Below are positions 55,557-64,000 of a DNA stretch of 64,000 nucleotides, piece after piece (within the stretch, counting starts at the first letter, position 1; every line of letters begins with the position of its first letter). The stretch lies in the NCBI GenBank assembly GCA_965230925.1, contig OZ246403.1, positions 68,360 through 132,359 of the forward strand, written 5' to 3'. Origin of the DNA: an uncultured Candidatus Saccharibacteria bacterium. GTDB taxonomy: Bacteria > Patescibacteriota > Minisyncoccia > Phycocordibacterales > JACOZG01. Below the pieces are notes generated by a model that saw only the letters and a list, made by a program, of their open reading frames with translations, made no database searches and was not told the DNA's origin. A program made the position numbers and the translations under genes.

Positions 55557-56693
55557 ATGAAAAGTTCGCCTGTGGCGATTCTCGACATTGGGAGTGACCG
55601 CGTGCTCGGCGGCGTACTCACGCGAGGAACAAAAGAAGACAAAAAGCCTTTTCTCAATTATCTCTTTACAACGAAAAAGGAATTACCGTATCAAGAAAAT
55701 CTCGACCCGGCGCGACTCTTAAACGAAAGCTTAACCGCCGCCAAACAGGTTATCGAGGAACTAGCTGCGAGCAAGACAAAACCCGAGCAAACATATTGTT
55801 TTCTTTCTTCACCCTTCTATGCCTCGCAAACCCGGATCGCTAAACTGCAAAAAGACGCGGCGTTTAATGTAACAAGTAAACTCCTCGGGGATCTCGTTAG
55901 AACGGAAGCTGAAAAATTTAAACAAACTGGAGCCCGGCTTCTAGACCAGAAGGTTATGCAGACGAAGTTAAATCGTTATGTGACGACCAAACCAGAGCGC
56001 AAAAAGGCAAAAGAGCTTGAATTAGACCTCTTTTTCAGCCAAGGCGAAGACACGATTATTAAACAATTGGAAGAAATGATTCGTGGGCGATTGCATCACC
56101 GACGGCCGGAGTTCCATGCTGGCACATTGACCTTCTTTTCTGCTATTCGCGACCTTAAACCTGAGCGACCGAGCGCTCTAATTCTCCACGTAAGCGGCGA
56201 GATCACTGAGCTCTCACTCTTTAGCGATCGAGTGCTGGCCGAAACCGTGTCTTACCCCATTGGCTATAATTTTCTGATTCGAGAACTTACCACCCGTCTT
56301 GGTTCACCAGCGGCCGAAGTTCTGTCTCGACTCAAACTCCACCTCGCTGGCGATGCAAAAGAAACCGAAAATGAAAAAATGACCGAGATGGTGGGGGAAT
56401 TTGGCGTCCGCTTCCTCACCGCGGTAAAGGAAATGCTTCGCACCCTAGGAGAAAATCACTTTTTACCCGGCGAAATTTTCTTAATTCTCGATAATCGTTT
56501 CGTGCCAATATTTGAACAGTGGCTCAAAGGGGCTGATCTCGCCGCTACCGGTATTATGCGTAAGAACCTTGCCATAACCATTTTAGAAAATAATCTCTGG
56601 GCTGACTGGCAACCGTCAGACGTAAATGCCGTTATCCCCGACGTTGCCCTTATCTTGGATGGAATATTTTATGCTAAAATAGCTGACAACTAA
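55557..56693 (+). CDS. Actin-like ATPase fold protein (FtsA/PilM-like)
   Basis: VAILDIGSDRV phosphate-1-like and ILHVSGEITELSLF phosphate-2-like motifs. Confidence 0.45.
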   Translation: MKSSPVAILDIGSDRVLGGVLTRGTKEDKKPFLNYLFTTKKELPYQENLDPARLLNESLTAAKQVIEELAASKTKPEQTYCFLSSPFYASQTRIAKLQKDAAFNVTSKLLGDLVRTEAEKFKQTGARLLDQKVMQTKLNRYVTTKPERKKAKELELDLFFSQGEDTIIKQLEEMIRGRLHHRRPEFHAGTLTFFSAIRDLKPERPSALILHVSGEITELSLFSDRVLAETVSYPIGYNFLIRELTTRLGSPAAEVLSRLKLHLAGDAKETENEKMTEMVGEFGVRFLTAVKEMLRTLGENHFLPGEIFLILDNRFVPIFEQWLKGADLAATGIMRKNLAITILENNLWADWQPSDVNAVIPDVALILDGIFYAKIADN

Positions 56694-56696
56694 GCA

Positions 56697-58019
56697 ATGC
56701 GAGAAGTCATTCAAGATATTAAAAAACCAAAGCGCAGTTTGCGTGAGGTGTTGCCAAGAAGTCCAGTGCCCACCATCAAGCGGGTAAGCCAAAGCGTGAG
56801 TGATGAGGTAGAGCCCGAGCCAGAATTCACTTCACCGCCACCACGCCCTCGGACGGGCCGGCGGGGCGGCAAGTTCTTTGGTTTTGTTATTGTCATTATC
56901 CTCCTCGCCGTTCTCGCGATCGGGGCTTCTGCTTTCTTAAACCAGGCTACGGTTAAATTAAGTCCGAAAGAAACCAATGTCTCCCTGAACGAAGAGACAA
57001 CGATTACAGCAATAAAGAAGCCCGAGAATGACACAGATCTAACCTTCGCTATCATGACCCTCGAGATGAGCGAGGGTCGACTCCTGCCAGCCAAAGGCAA
57101 GGAGCAAGTATCACAAAAAGCTTCTGGAACCATCACTATTTATAATGACTACAGCACCAAAAGCCAAAGTTTAGTGAAAGATACTCGTTTTGAAGCAAAA
57201 AACGGGAAAATTTACCGCATTTCTCAAGCCGTAACTGTGCCGGGGCAAAAAAAGCAGGGAGCCGAAACCGTTCCAGGCTCAGTAGAAGCGACAATACAAG
57301 CTGATGAACCAGGAGCTGATTACAACAGCGATTTAACAGAGTTTACTATCCCGGGATTCCGCGGCGATCCTCGATATACCAAGTTTTCGGCAAAGTCCAA
57401 AACGACCCTTAGTGGGGGTCTAGTAGGCGAAGTAAGCTTGGTTGAGCCAGCAGATAAAGCTAGGGTTAAGGCCGAATTAGAAGATCTTTTGACCAAAAGG
57501 CTTCTTGAAGAAGCCAAGACCAAGGTGCCAGCTGATTTCATTTTCTATAATGAAAGCCCAATCATCACCTTTACTGAAATTAACCCTCAACCAGGAAGCG
57601 TAAGCGCGGCTGGTGAGGTGGAATTTAAAGAAGGCGGTAAATTAACCGTGCCGATCTTTCATCGCCAAAAATTAAGTCAACACGTAGCCAAGAGCAAGCT
57701 CGGTGAGTCTGTGGGAGAAGAAAAAGTGATCATAAATAATCTAGAGCAACTCACTTTCAAGGTAAAAGGGCAAACGCCAACCACCTGGGAGCAAGTGGAA
57801 GAATTGGAGTTTACCTTAAACGGCGAGGCGAAAATTAGTTGGCTCATTGATCAAGAAGAATTGAAAAATAGTCTCACCGGACTCTCAAAAGATGGCTATC
57901 AATCGGTCTTCTCGCAGTACCCAGCCATCAAGCGTGCAGAGGTAATATTCCGCCCACCGTGGATTCGAGAATTCCCTACAACCGTTGATAAAATTAAGAT
58001 CGAAATCGATCGTTCTTGA
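56697..58019 (+). CDS. Hypothetical single-pass membrane protein with a large extracytoplasmic domain
   Basis: Basic N-terminus, then TM segment ([21 protein letters not shown]), then about 370 aa. Confidence 0.45.
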   Translation: MREVIQDIKKPKRSLREVLPRSPVPTIKRVSQSVSDEVEPEPEFTSPPPRPRTGRRGGKFFGFVIVIILLAVLAIGASAFLNQATVKLSPKETNVSLNEETTITAIKKPENDTDLTFAIMTLEMSEGRLLPAKGKEQVSQKASGTITIYNDYSTKSQSLVKDTRFEAKNGKIYRISQAVTVPGQKKQGAETVPGSVEATIQADEPGADYNSDLTEFTIPGFRGDPRYTKFSAKSKTTLSGGLVGEVSLVEPADKARVKAELEDLLTKRLLEEAKTKVPADFIFYNESPIITFTEINPQPGSVSAAGEVEFKEGGKLTVPIFHRQKLSQHVAKSKLGESVGEEKVIINNLEQLTFKVKGQTPTTWEQVEELEFTLNGEAKISWLIDQEELKNSLTGLSKDGYQSVFSQYPAIKRAEVIFRPPWIREFPTTVDKIKIEIDRS

Positions 58020-58062
58020 CCGACTAATTAATAATCTGCTAGTATTACCAAGCCCACAAGGA

Positions 58063-58278
58063 ATGTCGGAAGATAGTCAGTCAAATTTGGAGACCGGAGT
58101 AGTGGTGGAGGCTTTGCCCAACACCCTGTTTAAGGTCAAACTCGATAACGGCAATGAGATATTGGCCTTCTTATCGGGGAAAATGCGGCTTTATCGCATC
58201 CGGGTACTAGTGGGCGATCGGGTTGATGTCTTCCTTGACCAATACGGTGGGAAGGGTAGAATCCAAAAACGCCTATAA
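58063..58278 (+). CDS. infA: Translation initiation factor IF-1
   Basis: S1-like fold ([43 protein letters not shown]). Confidence 0.8.
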   Translation: MSEDSQSNLETGVVVEALPNTLFKVKLDNGNEILAFLSGKMRLYRIRVLVGDRVDVFLDQYGGKGRIQKRL

Positions 58279-58395
58279 ATGCAAGTTCGATCAGCCATTG
58301 TAAAAAGATGCGCAAGCTGCCGCCTGGTTCGCCGGCGGGGCCATTTGTATATTATTTGCAAAAACAAGAAGAAACATAAGCAAAAACAAGCCTAA
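58279..58395 (+). CDS. rpmJ: 50S ribosomal protein L36
   Basis: MQVRSAIVKRCASCRLVRRRGHLYIICKNKKKHKQKQA. Too short for the ORF track; starts directly after the infA stop. Confidence 0.8.
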   Translation: MQVRSAIVKRCASCRLVRRRGHLYIICKNKKKHKQKQA

Positions 58396-58398
58396 AAC

Positions 58399-58779
58399 AT
58401 GCGTCTAGCCGGTATCACCTTACCCGATAATAAGCGGATAGAGATCGCTCTCACAGCGATTTATGGTATTGGCCGCAATTTAGCCCAAACCTTGCTGGAT
58501 GAGGCTAAGGTGGAATACGGTAAAAAGACCAAGGAAGTGAGCGCGGACGAGGAAGCCAGAATCCGGAAAATCGTTGAATCTCTGCGGGTTGAAGGAGTTC
58601 TCAAGCGTGAGGTCGCTGGTAATATTAAACGCTTGATTGACGCTAAAAGTTACCGGGGTTCCCGTCATGCCCGCCACCTTCCTTCTCGTGGCCAGAGAAC
58701 TAAGACCAATTCTCGAACCCGCCGCGGCAACATGAGAAAGACCATGGGTTCAGGTCGCAAGAAGGTAGAAAAGAAATAA
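58399..58779 (+). CDS. rpsM: 30S ribosomal protein S13
   Basis: MRLAGITLPDNKRIEIALTAIYGIG. Confidence 0.9.
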   Translation: MRLAGITLPDNKRIEIALTAIYGIGRNLAQTLLDEAKVEYGKKTKEVSADEEARIRKIVESLRVEGVLKREVAGNIKRLIDAKSYRGSRHARHLPSRGQRTKTNSRTRRGNMRKTMGSGRKKVEKK

Positions 58780-58787
58780 TTTTAATC

Positions 58788-59216
58788 ATGGGAAAGAAAC
58801 GCGTAGTAAAACAAGGGGGAACAGAAGACGGGGCACAAGCTCGTTCCGCGGCCAAGGCGCCAAAGCGGAAACTGTCTGAGGGTGTTCTCCATATTCAATC
58901 AACCTACAACAACACACGACTTCTTCTTACCGATAAGGAAGGGAACGCTTTGGCTTGGAGTTCAAGCGGTTCACTTGGCTTTAAGGGGGCCAAGAAGGGC
59001 ACCACCTTCGCCGCCGGTAAGGTGGGGGAGCTTATTGCTGACAAGGCCATGGCGATGGGAATTAAAGATGTAAGCGTGGTAATCCGCGGCGTGGGTTCGG
59101 GCCGCGAATCATCCTTGCGCGCCTTCTCGGCCAAAGGGCTCGGCTTTACCAGCATTGAGGACTCTACGCCGGTACCCTTTAACGGCCCCAAGCCTCGTAA
59201 GCCTCGACGGGTGTAA
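58788..59216 (+). CDS. rpsK: 30S ribosomal protein S11
   Basis: S11 core (TYNNTRLLLTD..GNALAWSSSGSLGFKG). Confidence 0.9.
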   Translation: MGKKRVVKQGGTEDGAQARSAAKAPKRKLSEGVLHIQSTYNNTRLLLTDKEGNALAWSSSGSLGFKGAKKGTTFAAGKVGELIADKAMAMGIKDVSVVIRGVGSGRESSLRAFSAKGLGFTSIEDSTPVPFNGPKPRKPRRV

Positions 59217-59238
59217 TTAATTTCCTTCATTTTTTATT

Positions 59239-59850
59239 ATGAAAATTGGTCCAAAATATAAAATCGCTCGTCGCCTCGGAGATCGCGTTTTCCCCAAGAC
59301 GCAGAACCCGCGCTTTAGCCTCACCAAAGAGGGAGGGCGGGGCAGTGGCGGTCGACCAAAACCACTTTCCGACTTCGGTCGACAATTGATTGAGAAGCAA
59401 AAAGCGCGCTACACTTATGTGGTTACTGAAAAACAGTTTGGCAATTATGTGAAGCGCGCTCGCCAAACCGGCGGTACCGACAAGGTTGGCACGCTTTACC
59501 GCGCACTGGAATCTCGGCTCGATAATGTGATCTTCCGCCTCGGACTCGCGAACTCCCGCCTCTTTGGTCGCCAGTTGGTCTCGCATGGCCATATTTTGGT
59601 GAATGGAAAGAAGGTCACCATTCCGTCATACGAAGTGAAGGCGGGTGACCGGATCAGTATTCGGCCAGGTAGCGCGGCGAAAGGACCGTTTAAAAATTGG
59701 GAGGAAAAAAAGGAGAATTATCAGACCCCAGAATGGCTCGTTTTAGAGGAGGGGAAGGCCAGTTGGCAGGTAAAACACTTGCCGCTCGGTAATGATCAGG
59801 AGTTGACCCTGAATTTCGGCGCCATTTTGGAATTTTATAGTCGAGGTTAA
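59239..59850 (+). CDS. rpsD: 30S ribosomal protein S4
   Basis: S4 N-terminus and an S4 RNA-binding domain. Confidence 0.9.
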   Translation: MKIGPKYKIARRLGDRVFPKTQNPRFSLTKEGGRGSGGRPKPLSDFGRQLIEKQKARYTYVVTEKQFGNYVKRARQTGGTDKVGTLYRALESRLDNVIFRLGLANSRLFGRQLVSHGHILVNGKKVTIPSYEVKAGDRISIRPGSAAKGPFKNWEEKKENYQTPEWLVLEEGKASWQVKHLPLGNDQELTLNFGAILEFYSRG

Positions 59851-59861
59851 TTAATAAAACC

Positions 59862-60851
59862 ATGAGTGATTTAAATATTATTTTGCCTTCGAAGCCACGC
59901 ATTATTTCGGAGTCAGACAAAGACAATAAGGGAATCTACGAGATTGAGGGTCTATCACCTGGGTACGGTCAAACCTTGGGTAACTCTTTGCGCCGGATTA
60001 TTCTCTCCTCAATGGCGGGTGTGGCCATCACTTCGGTTAAGATTGCTGGGGTTACTCATGAGTTCGCAACTATTCCTGGTCTAAAAGAGGACGGTATTGC
60101 TCTTATTTTGAATCTTAAGAAAATTCGCTTCCGATTGGCTGACGAGGGTCCTCACACGGTAACCCTCAAGGTGAAGGGTGCGAAGGAAATTAAAGCTGGT
60201 GATATCGAGTTGCCTGGTCAGGTGGAAGTAATGAACCCTGAGTCTTATGTCGGTAGCCTCAGTGGAAAAGATTCTAGCCTTGAGGTGGAAATGACACTTG
60301 AGAAGGGCATTGGCTACTTACCTAAAGAAGCAGTGAAGCATGACAAGGCGGCGGAAATTGGGGCAATTACCCTTGACGCTGCTTTTACCCCGATCCGCCG
60401 CGTGAGTTATGAGGTAGAAAATATGCGGGTGGGCGATCGCACCGACTACAATCGCTTGAGACTCACCATCGAGACCGACGGCATCATTAGCCCAAGAGAA
60501 TCACTGGACCATTCTATTAGGATTATGATCAACCAGCTCAAGGCGATTGTTGGCTTCAAAGAGGAAATGGTGGAGGAAACCACATCTACCTCGGAAACCA
60601 AGCGTGGTCGGAGCGAAGAATCTGGTGAAGAAGGTGAATCAACCGACGAAGAACTTTTGAAAACTCGCATTGAGCAGCTCGATCTCGGTGCCCGAACAGT
60701 GAAGGCGCTCGGCAATGCTGGTATTCGCACGCTTGGCGGCCTCGCGCGCAAGCGCCTGGCTGATCTCGAAGAGCTCGAGGGGCTCGGCGAGAAGTCGGTA
60801 GAAGAAATTAAGAAACTCCTAAAGAGTCACGATTTGAGCTTGAAGGATTAA
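59862..60851 (+). CDS. rpoA: DNA-directed RNA polymerase alpha subunit
   Basis: NTD GYGQTLGNSLRRIILSS, and CTD with a HhH-like fold. Confidence 0.9.
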   Translation: MSDLNIILPSKPRIISESDKDNKGIYEIEGLSPGYGQTLGNSLRRIILSSMAGVAITSVKIAGVTHEFATIPGLKEDGIALILNLKKIRFRLADEGPHTVTLKVKGAKEIKAGDIELPGQVEVMNPESYVGSLSGKDSSLEVEMTLEKGIGYLPKEAVKHDKAAEIGAITLDAAFTPIRRVSYEVENMRVGDRTDYNRLRLTIETDGIISPRESLDHSIRIMINQLKAIVGFKEEMVEETTSTSETKRGRSEESGEEGESTDEELLKTRIEQLDLGARTVKALGNAGIRTLGGLARKRLADLEELEGLGEKSVEEIKKLLKSHDLSLKD

Positions 60852-60861
60852 TTAACGGACC

Positions 60862-61212
60862 ATGCGGCACCACAACAAAATCAAAAAATTTGGCCGAGAG
60901 ACGAATGTTCGTCGTGCCCTCATGCGCTCCTTGGCTCGTAACCTTATCTTGAAAGGAAAAATTAAGACGACTCAGGCTAAGGCTAAAGCTCTCCGACCCT
61001 TCGTGGAGAAGCTAGTGACCAAAGCGCGCGGTGGCGACTTGGCCGCGAGACGCCTGGTGGCAAGCCGACTCGCTGGGGACAAGGAGACGAAAATTCTCTT
61101 CGCTACAATTGGTCCGCGCTATGTGAACCGACCAGGTGGCTATACCCGAATCACCAAGTTGCCGCCTCGGGCTGGTGACGCGAGCCCCATGTCCCTGATT
61201 GAATTTGTATAA
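60862..61212 (+). CDS. rplQ: 50S ribosomal protein L17
   Basis: MRHHNKIKKFGRETNVRRALMRSLA. Confidence 0.9.
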   Translation: MRHHNKIKKFGRETNVRRALMRSLARNLILKGKIKTTQAKAKALRPFVEKLVTKARGGDLAARRLVASRLAGDKETKILFATIGPRYVNRPGGYTRITKLPPRAGDASPMSLIEFV

Positions 61213-61215
61213 AAC

Positions 61216-61581
61216 ATGAAAACGATGCCAAAAAATCAAGAGCTCAATATTGACGCTAGTGGCCAAGCCATTGGTCGCGTGGCCACCCAAGCCGCCTTTC
61301 ATTTGCGCGGGAAAACCCTTCCCACTTTTACCCCCAATCAACTACCCGCGACCAAGGTAAACATCGTAAACGCTGCTAAAATTAAAATTACGACGAAGAA
61401 ATTAAAAGAAACCGAGTATCCAAATTATACCGGCTACCCAGGCGGACTTCATTACCACAGTCTCGAGACCGTGGCCAAGAAACACGGATACAGCGAGCTC
61501 TGCCGCCGAGCCATCTTGAGAATGTTGCCTCGGAATAAACTCCGACCGCAGATTATGAAAAATTTAACGATTAGTGAGTAA
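61216..61581 (+). CDS. rplM: 50S ribosomal protein L13
   Basis: IDASGQAIGRVATQAAFHLRGK. Confidence 0.85.
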   Translation: MKTMPKNQELNIDASGQAIGRVATQAAFHLRGKTLPTFTPNQLPATKVNIVNAAKIKITTKKLKETEYPNYTGYPGGLHYHSLETVAKKHGYSELCRRAILRMLPRNKLRPQIMKNLTISE

Positions 61582-61987
61582 TATGGCAACGCAAACCAAA
61601 AATTATTTCGAGGCGGTAGGCCGGCGCAAAGAGGCAATTGCCCGCGTGCGCTTAACCCCTCAAGCCAAACAGGAAATCACTGTAAACGGGAAGCCGGTGC
61701 AAACTTATTTTCCTACGGCTGATTGGCGAGAACAAATTACGAAGGGACTAAGAGATGGTGCAGTGGAGCAAAAGTTTGGGATCACTATTCAAGTGAAAGG
61801 TGGGGGAACTCACTCGCAAGCTGAAGCCAGTGCTCATGGCTTAGCCCGCGCCCTACTTTTGTTTAATCCTGAACTCCGGATTGCCTTAAAGAAAGAGGGT
61901 AATCTCCGCCGCGACCCACGAGCCAAAGAACGCCGCAAATTCGGTCTCAAAAAAGCCCGCAAAGCCCCACAGTGGTCAAAGCGTTAA
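61574..61987 (+). CDS. rpsI: 30S ribosomal protein S9
   Basis: C-terminus RRDPRAKERRKFGLKKARKAPQWSKR. Confidence 0.9.
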   Translation: MSNMATQTKNYFEAVGRRKEAIARVRLTPQAKQEITVNGKPVQTYFPTADWREQITKGLRDGAVEQKFGITIQVKGGGTHSQAEASAHGLARALLLFNPELRIALKKEGNLRRDPRAKERRKFGLKKARKAPQWSKR

Positions 61988-62010
61988 TTCTCCACTTTTA
62001 CTTACTCTCA

Positions 62011-62036
62011 AAAACGGCCCAACTGGGCCGTTTTTC
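62011..62036 (+). terminator. Rho-independent terminator
   Basis: cggccc aact gggccg followed by ttttt. Confidence 0.75.
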
Positions 62037-62067
62037 CGTCCTCACGCTTAACAACTTATAAAAATGC

Positions 62068-62095
62068 TTGACAGGAAAATTGATTCATGTATACT
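62068..62095 (+). promoter_or_regulatory. Near-consensus sigma70 promoter (TTGACA, 16-nt spacer, TATACT)
   Basis: ttgaca at 62068-62073 and tatact at 62090-62095. Confidence 0.55.
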
Positions 62096-62099
62096 ATCG

Positions 62100-62433
62100 G
62101 GCAGATGTTGACCACCACGCGATGGTCACGAACCAGCCGGTAAGCTTGATTAAATGGTTCACTTACTAGACTGATGAGAGTAGTGCACAGGTAACTGTGC
62201 CCTCGAACCTGATCCCGGGACTGCAGGGAGGGATGCTCGCCATGAGTCTAACTTGGCAAAATCCTCGAGACGGTCGAGGGCATGATGGAAGGATGCGGAA
62301 ACCACGGGGCGCCGCTAAGATCTCCACCATGACACAACGCACCAACCCTGAACCAAATAGTTCTTCGAACTAGATCAAGGGGTTTTGTAACCCACAACAC
62401 CGCTGGAGCAATTTTGCCCAGCGGTTTCTCTTT
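62100..62433 (+). ncRNA. Candidate noncoding RNA of about 330 nt, bounded by a promoter and a terminator; identity unresolved
   Basis: No ORF over 46 aa. Internal hairpins (gtgcacag gtaact gtgccc; ctcgagacggtcgagg). Terminator ccgctgg..ccagcgg followed by tttctcttt at 62400-62433. Confidence 0.4.
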
Positions 62434-62446
62434 GCTAAAAATTGAA

Positions 62447-62474
62447 TTGACTTTTTTTGAAATCGGTGTAAGAT
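62447..62474 (+). promoter_or_regulatory. Sigma70-like promoter for grpE (TTGACT, 16-nt spacer, TAAGAT)
   Basis: ttgact at 62447-62452 and taagat at 62469-62474, 10 nt before the ATG at 62485. Confidence 0.45.
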
Positions 62475-62484
62475 TGGCGGGCTT

Positions 62485-63036
62485 ATGGAGGAACATGATG
62501 AAGAAATTGTCCCCGAGGACGAGAATGAAATGGGCGAGGCCGCCATTAAGAAATTGCGTGAGCGGGTGAAGCGGGCGCTGGAGGAAAAGCAAGAATATCT
62601 CGATCTCTCGCAACGACTGAAGGCAGATTACTTAAATTTAAAGAAAGAAACGGAAAGAGAAAAAGGAGAGATCAAAAGTTGGGCGACGGCAAACGTCTTA
62701 CTTGAATTATTAGGAGTCGCCGACAGCTTCGAGATGGCGCTCGGCAATAAGGAATCGCTGAAGCAAGTTCCGGAGAATTGGTTGAAAGGTGTAGAATATA
62801 TTTATCAAAAATTACAAAGCGTTTTTAGAGATCACAAGCTGGAGGAGTTTAAACCAAAACCGGGCGATACTTTTAATCCCGAAACGGAGCAAGCGGTAGA
62901 ACAAGTGGCTACTGATGAGGAAGACAAAGATAATACAGTTACCACAGTGATTCAGGCGGGTTATAAATTGCATGGGAAGGTGGTCCGGCCGGCGCAGGTG
63001 AAGGTCGCGAGTTGGCAATTAGAAAAAAATAATTAA
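62485..63036 (+). CDS. grpE: Nucleotide exchange factor GrpE
   Basis: Coiled-coil N-terminus and the GrpE core (ANVLLELLGVADSFEMAL). Confidence 0.8.
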   Translation: MEEHDEEIVPEDENEMGEAAIKKLRERVKRALEEKQEYLDLSQRLKADYLNLKKETEREKGEIKSWATANVLLELLGVADSFEMALGNKESLKQVPENWLKGVEYIYQKLQSVFRDHKLEEFKPKPGDTFNPETEQAVEQVATDEEDKDNTVTTVIQAGYKLHGKVVRPAQVKVASWQLEKNN

Positions 63037-63045
63037 AATAAAACC

Positions 63046-64000
63046 ATGGGAAAAATTTTAGGGATTGATTTGGGTACGACCAATTCCGCCATGGCCTATG
63101 TGGAAGGCGGGAGTCCGAAGATTATTGAGAACGCTGAAGGCGCGCGCACGACGCCGTCTATTGTCGCGCTATCAAAGAGTGGCGAGCGCATTGTGGGACT
63201 CCTCGGCAAGCGCCAATCGGTAACGAATCCACAAAACACAATTTTTGAAGTGAAGCGCCTGATGGGTCATCGCTTCGACGACCCGAATATTCAGAAGGAT
63301 AAACAAACCTTTCCATTCCAAATCGAGAAAAGTGAGGATGGGGGAATTAAAATAAAGTTGGGGGACAAGACTTATCGGCCGGAAGAAGTGTCGGCCATGA
63401 TTTTGCAAAAGCTCAAACACGATGCAGAAGCTAAGCTCGGTGAGAAAATTGAGGAAGCGGTGATTACCGTGCCGGCCTACTTCGACGACTCGCAACGCAA
63501 AGCGACCCGCGACGCTGGTGAAATTGCTGGCTTTAAGGTGCGGCGAATAATTAATGAACCCACCGCCGCGGCTCTCGCTTACGGCTTTAATAAAAAGAAG
63601 GAGGAAAAAATTGTGGTCTACGACTTCGGCGGCGGAACCTTCGACGTCTCGGTCTTAGAAATTAGCGGCGGGAATGATGAGCAGAGCATTCAAGTCAAGT
63701 CGACCGACGGCGACTCACACATGGGCGGCGGTGACATTGACCAGAAGATGATCAAGTGGATTGGTGATGAATTTAAAAAAGAATCAGGCATTGATATTAC
63801 TCGCGATCCACTGGCCTTACAACGCCTGAAGGAAGCGGCGGAGAAAACGAAGCACGAGCTCTCAACAACCCTGGAATCAGAAATTAATATTCCGTTTATT
63901 ACTTCCGACGCTTCTGGCCCGCGCCATTTACTTCTCAAGATGACGCGCGGTCAGCTCGAGACTCTGGCGCGCGAATTTATTGATCGCTCGATTGAGATTA
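63046..64000 (+). CDS. dnaK: Chaperone DnaK (Hsp70), N-terminal part; runs off the window end
   Basis: [24 protein letters not shown], and nucleotide-binding domain motifs. Confidence 0.9.
   Translation, partial: MGKILGIDLGTTNSAMAYVEGGSPKIIENAEGARTTPSIVALSKSGERIVGLLGKRQSVTNPQNTIFEVKRLMGHRFDDPNIQKDKQTFPFQIEKSEDGGIKIKLGDKTYRPEEVSAMILQKLKHDAEAKLGEKIEEAVITVPAYFDDSQRKATRDAGEIAGFKVRRIINEPTAAALAYGFNKKKEEKIVVYDFGGGTFDVSVLEISGGNDEQSIQVKSTDGDSHMGGGDIDQKMIKWIGDEFKKESGIDITRDPLALQRLKEAAEKTKHELSTTLESEINIPFITSDASGPRHLLLKMTRGQLETLAREFIDRSIEI

Noticed and set aside
62100-62433. Tried to identify the promoter/terminator-bounded RNA as tmRNA, RNase P RNA, SRP RNA or 6S.
   Set aside because: No tRNA-like 5'/3' acceptor or T-loop and no tag ORF ending in AA-stop, so not tmRNA. 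No AGGAAAGUCCGGGC, so not RNase P. No GGAAGGAAGCAGC domain-IV motif, so not SRP. It stays an unclassified candidate.
62040-62485. Looked for an HrcA CIRCE operator (TTAGCACTC-N9-GAGTGCTAA) upstream of grpE-dnaK.
   Set aside because: No match to the CIRCE inverted repeat was found. Only short unrelated hairpins are present.
1-64000. CRISPR arrays, rRNA genes, transposases/integrases, and toxin-antitoxin pairs.
   Set aside because: No regularly spaced direct repeats. No rRNA-like conserved stretches. No ORFs with DDE/tyrosine-recombinase motifs were recognised. The only repeats are the PKD-domain duplication and the 44-bp promoter repeat.

Overview
This 64-kb window has medium GC and most genes on the + strand. 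It reads like a reduced Candidate Phyla Radiation (Patescibacteria)-type bacterial chromosome segment. That inference rests on a split transketolase, a short AlaRS lacking the C-Ala domain, a UvrC lacking the HhH tail, and small YchF and UvrA proteins.

Recognisable genes include murB, pyrH, gatB, gap, rpiB, rpe, a split tkt, a storage-glucan cluster (GT plus GH57 plus GH15), tgt, rsmE, uvrB, uvrA, a short uvrC, a histidine kinase with a stand-alone receiver, and ddl. Further along are glycerate kinase, ppsA, eno, ychF, leuS, mltG, a DnaQ-like exonuclease, a ZIP transporter, mnmA and alaS. The window ends with a ribosomal/RNAP block (infA-rpmJ-rpsM-rpsK-rpsD-rpoA-rplQ-rplM-rpsI) and grpE-dnaK. 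Six tRNAs are present: three Ala isoacceptors, Val, Pro, and one further Ala on the minus strand.

The parts I rate most worth follow-up are:
- An AT-rich cassette of five paralogous three-TM mini-proteins inserted between the two transketolase halves.
- A LeuRS carrying a canonical Nudix box inside a roughly 150-aa insertion.
- Two unknown genes sharing a duplicated 44-bp consensus sigma70 promoter.
- A protein that fuses a sigma70-region-4-like HTH at its N-terminus to a HARE-HTH-like domain at its C-terminus.
- Several loci with a promoter and terminator but no ORF, which may encode ncRNAs.
- A tRNA 3'-half-like fragment beside tRNA-Ala(CGC), together with GC-rich islands.

No CRISPR array, rRNA or obvious transposase was seen. 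All calls are from reading the sequence and ORF translations; no database searches were run.
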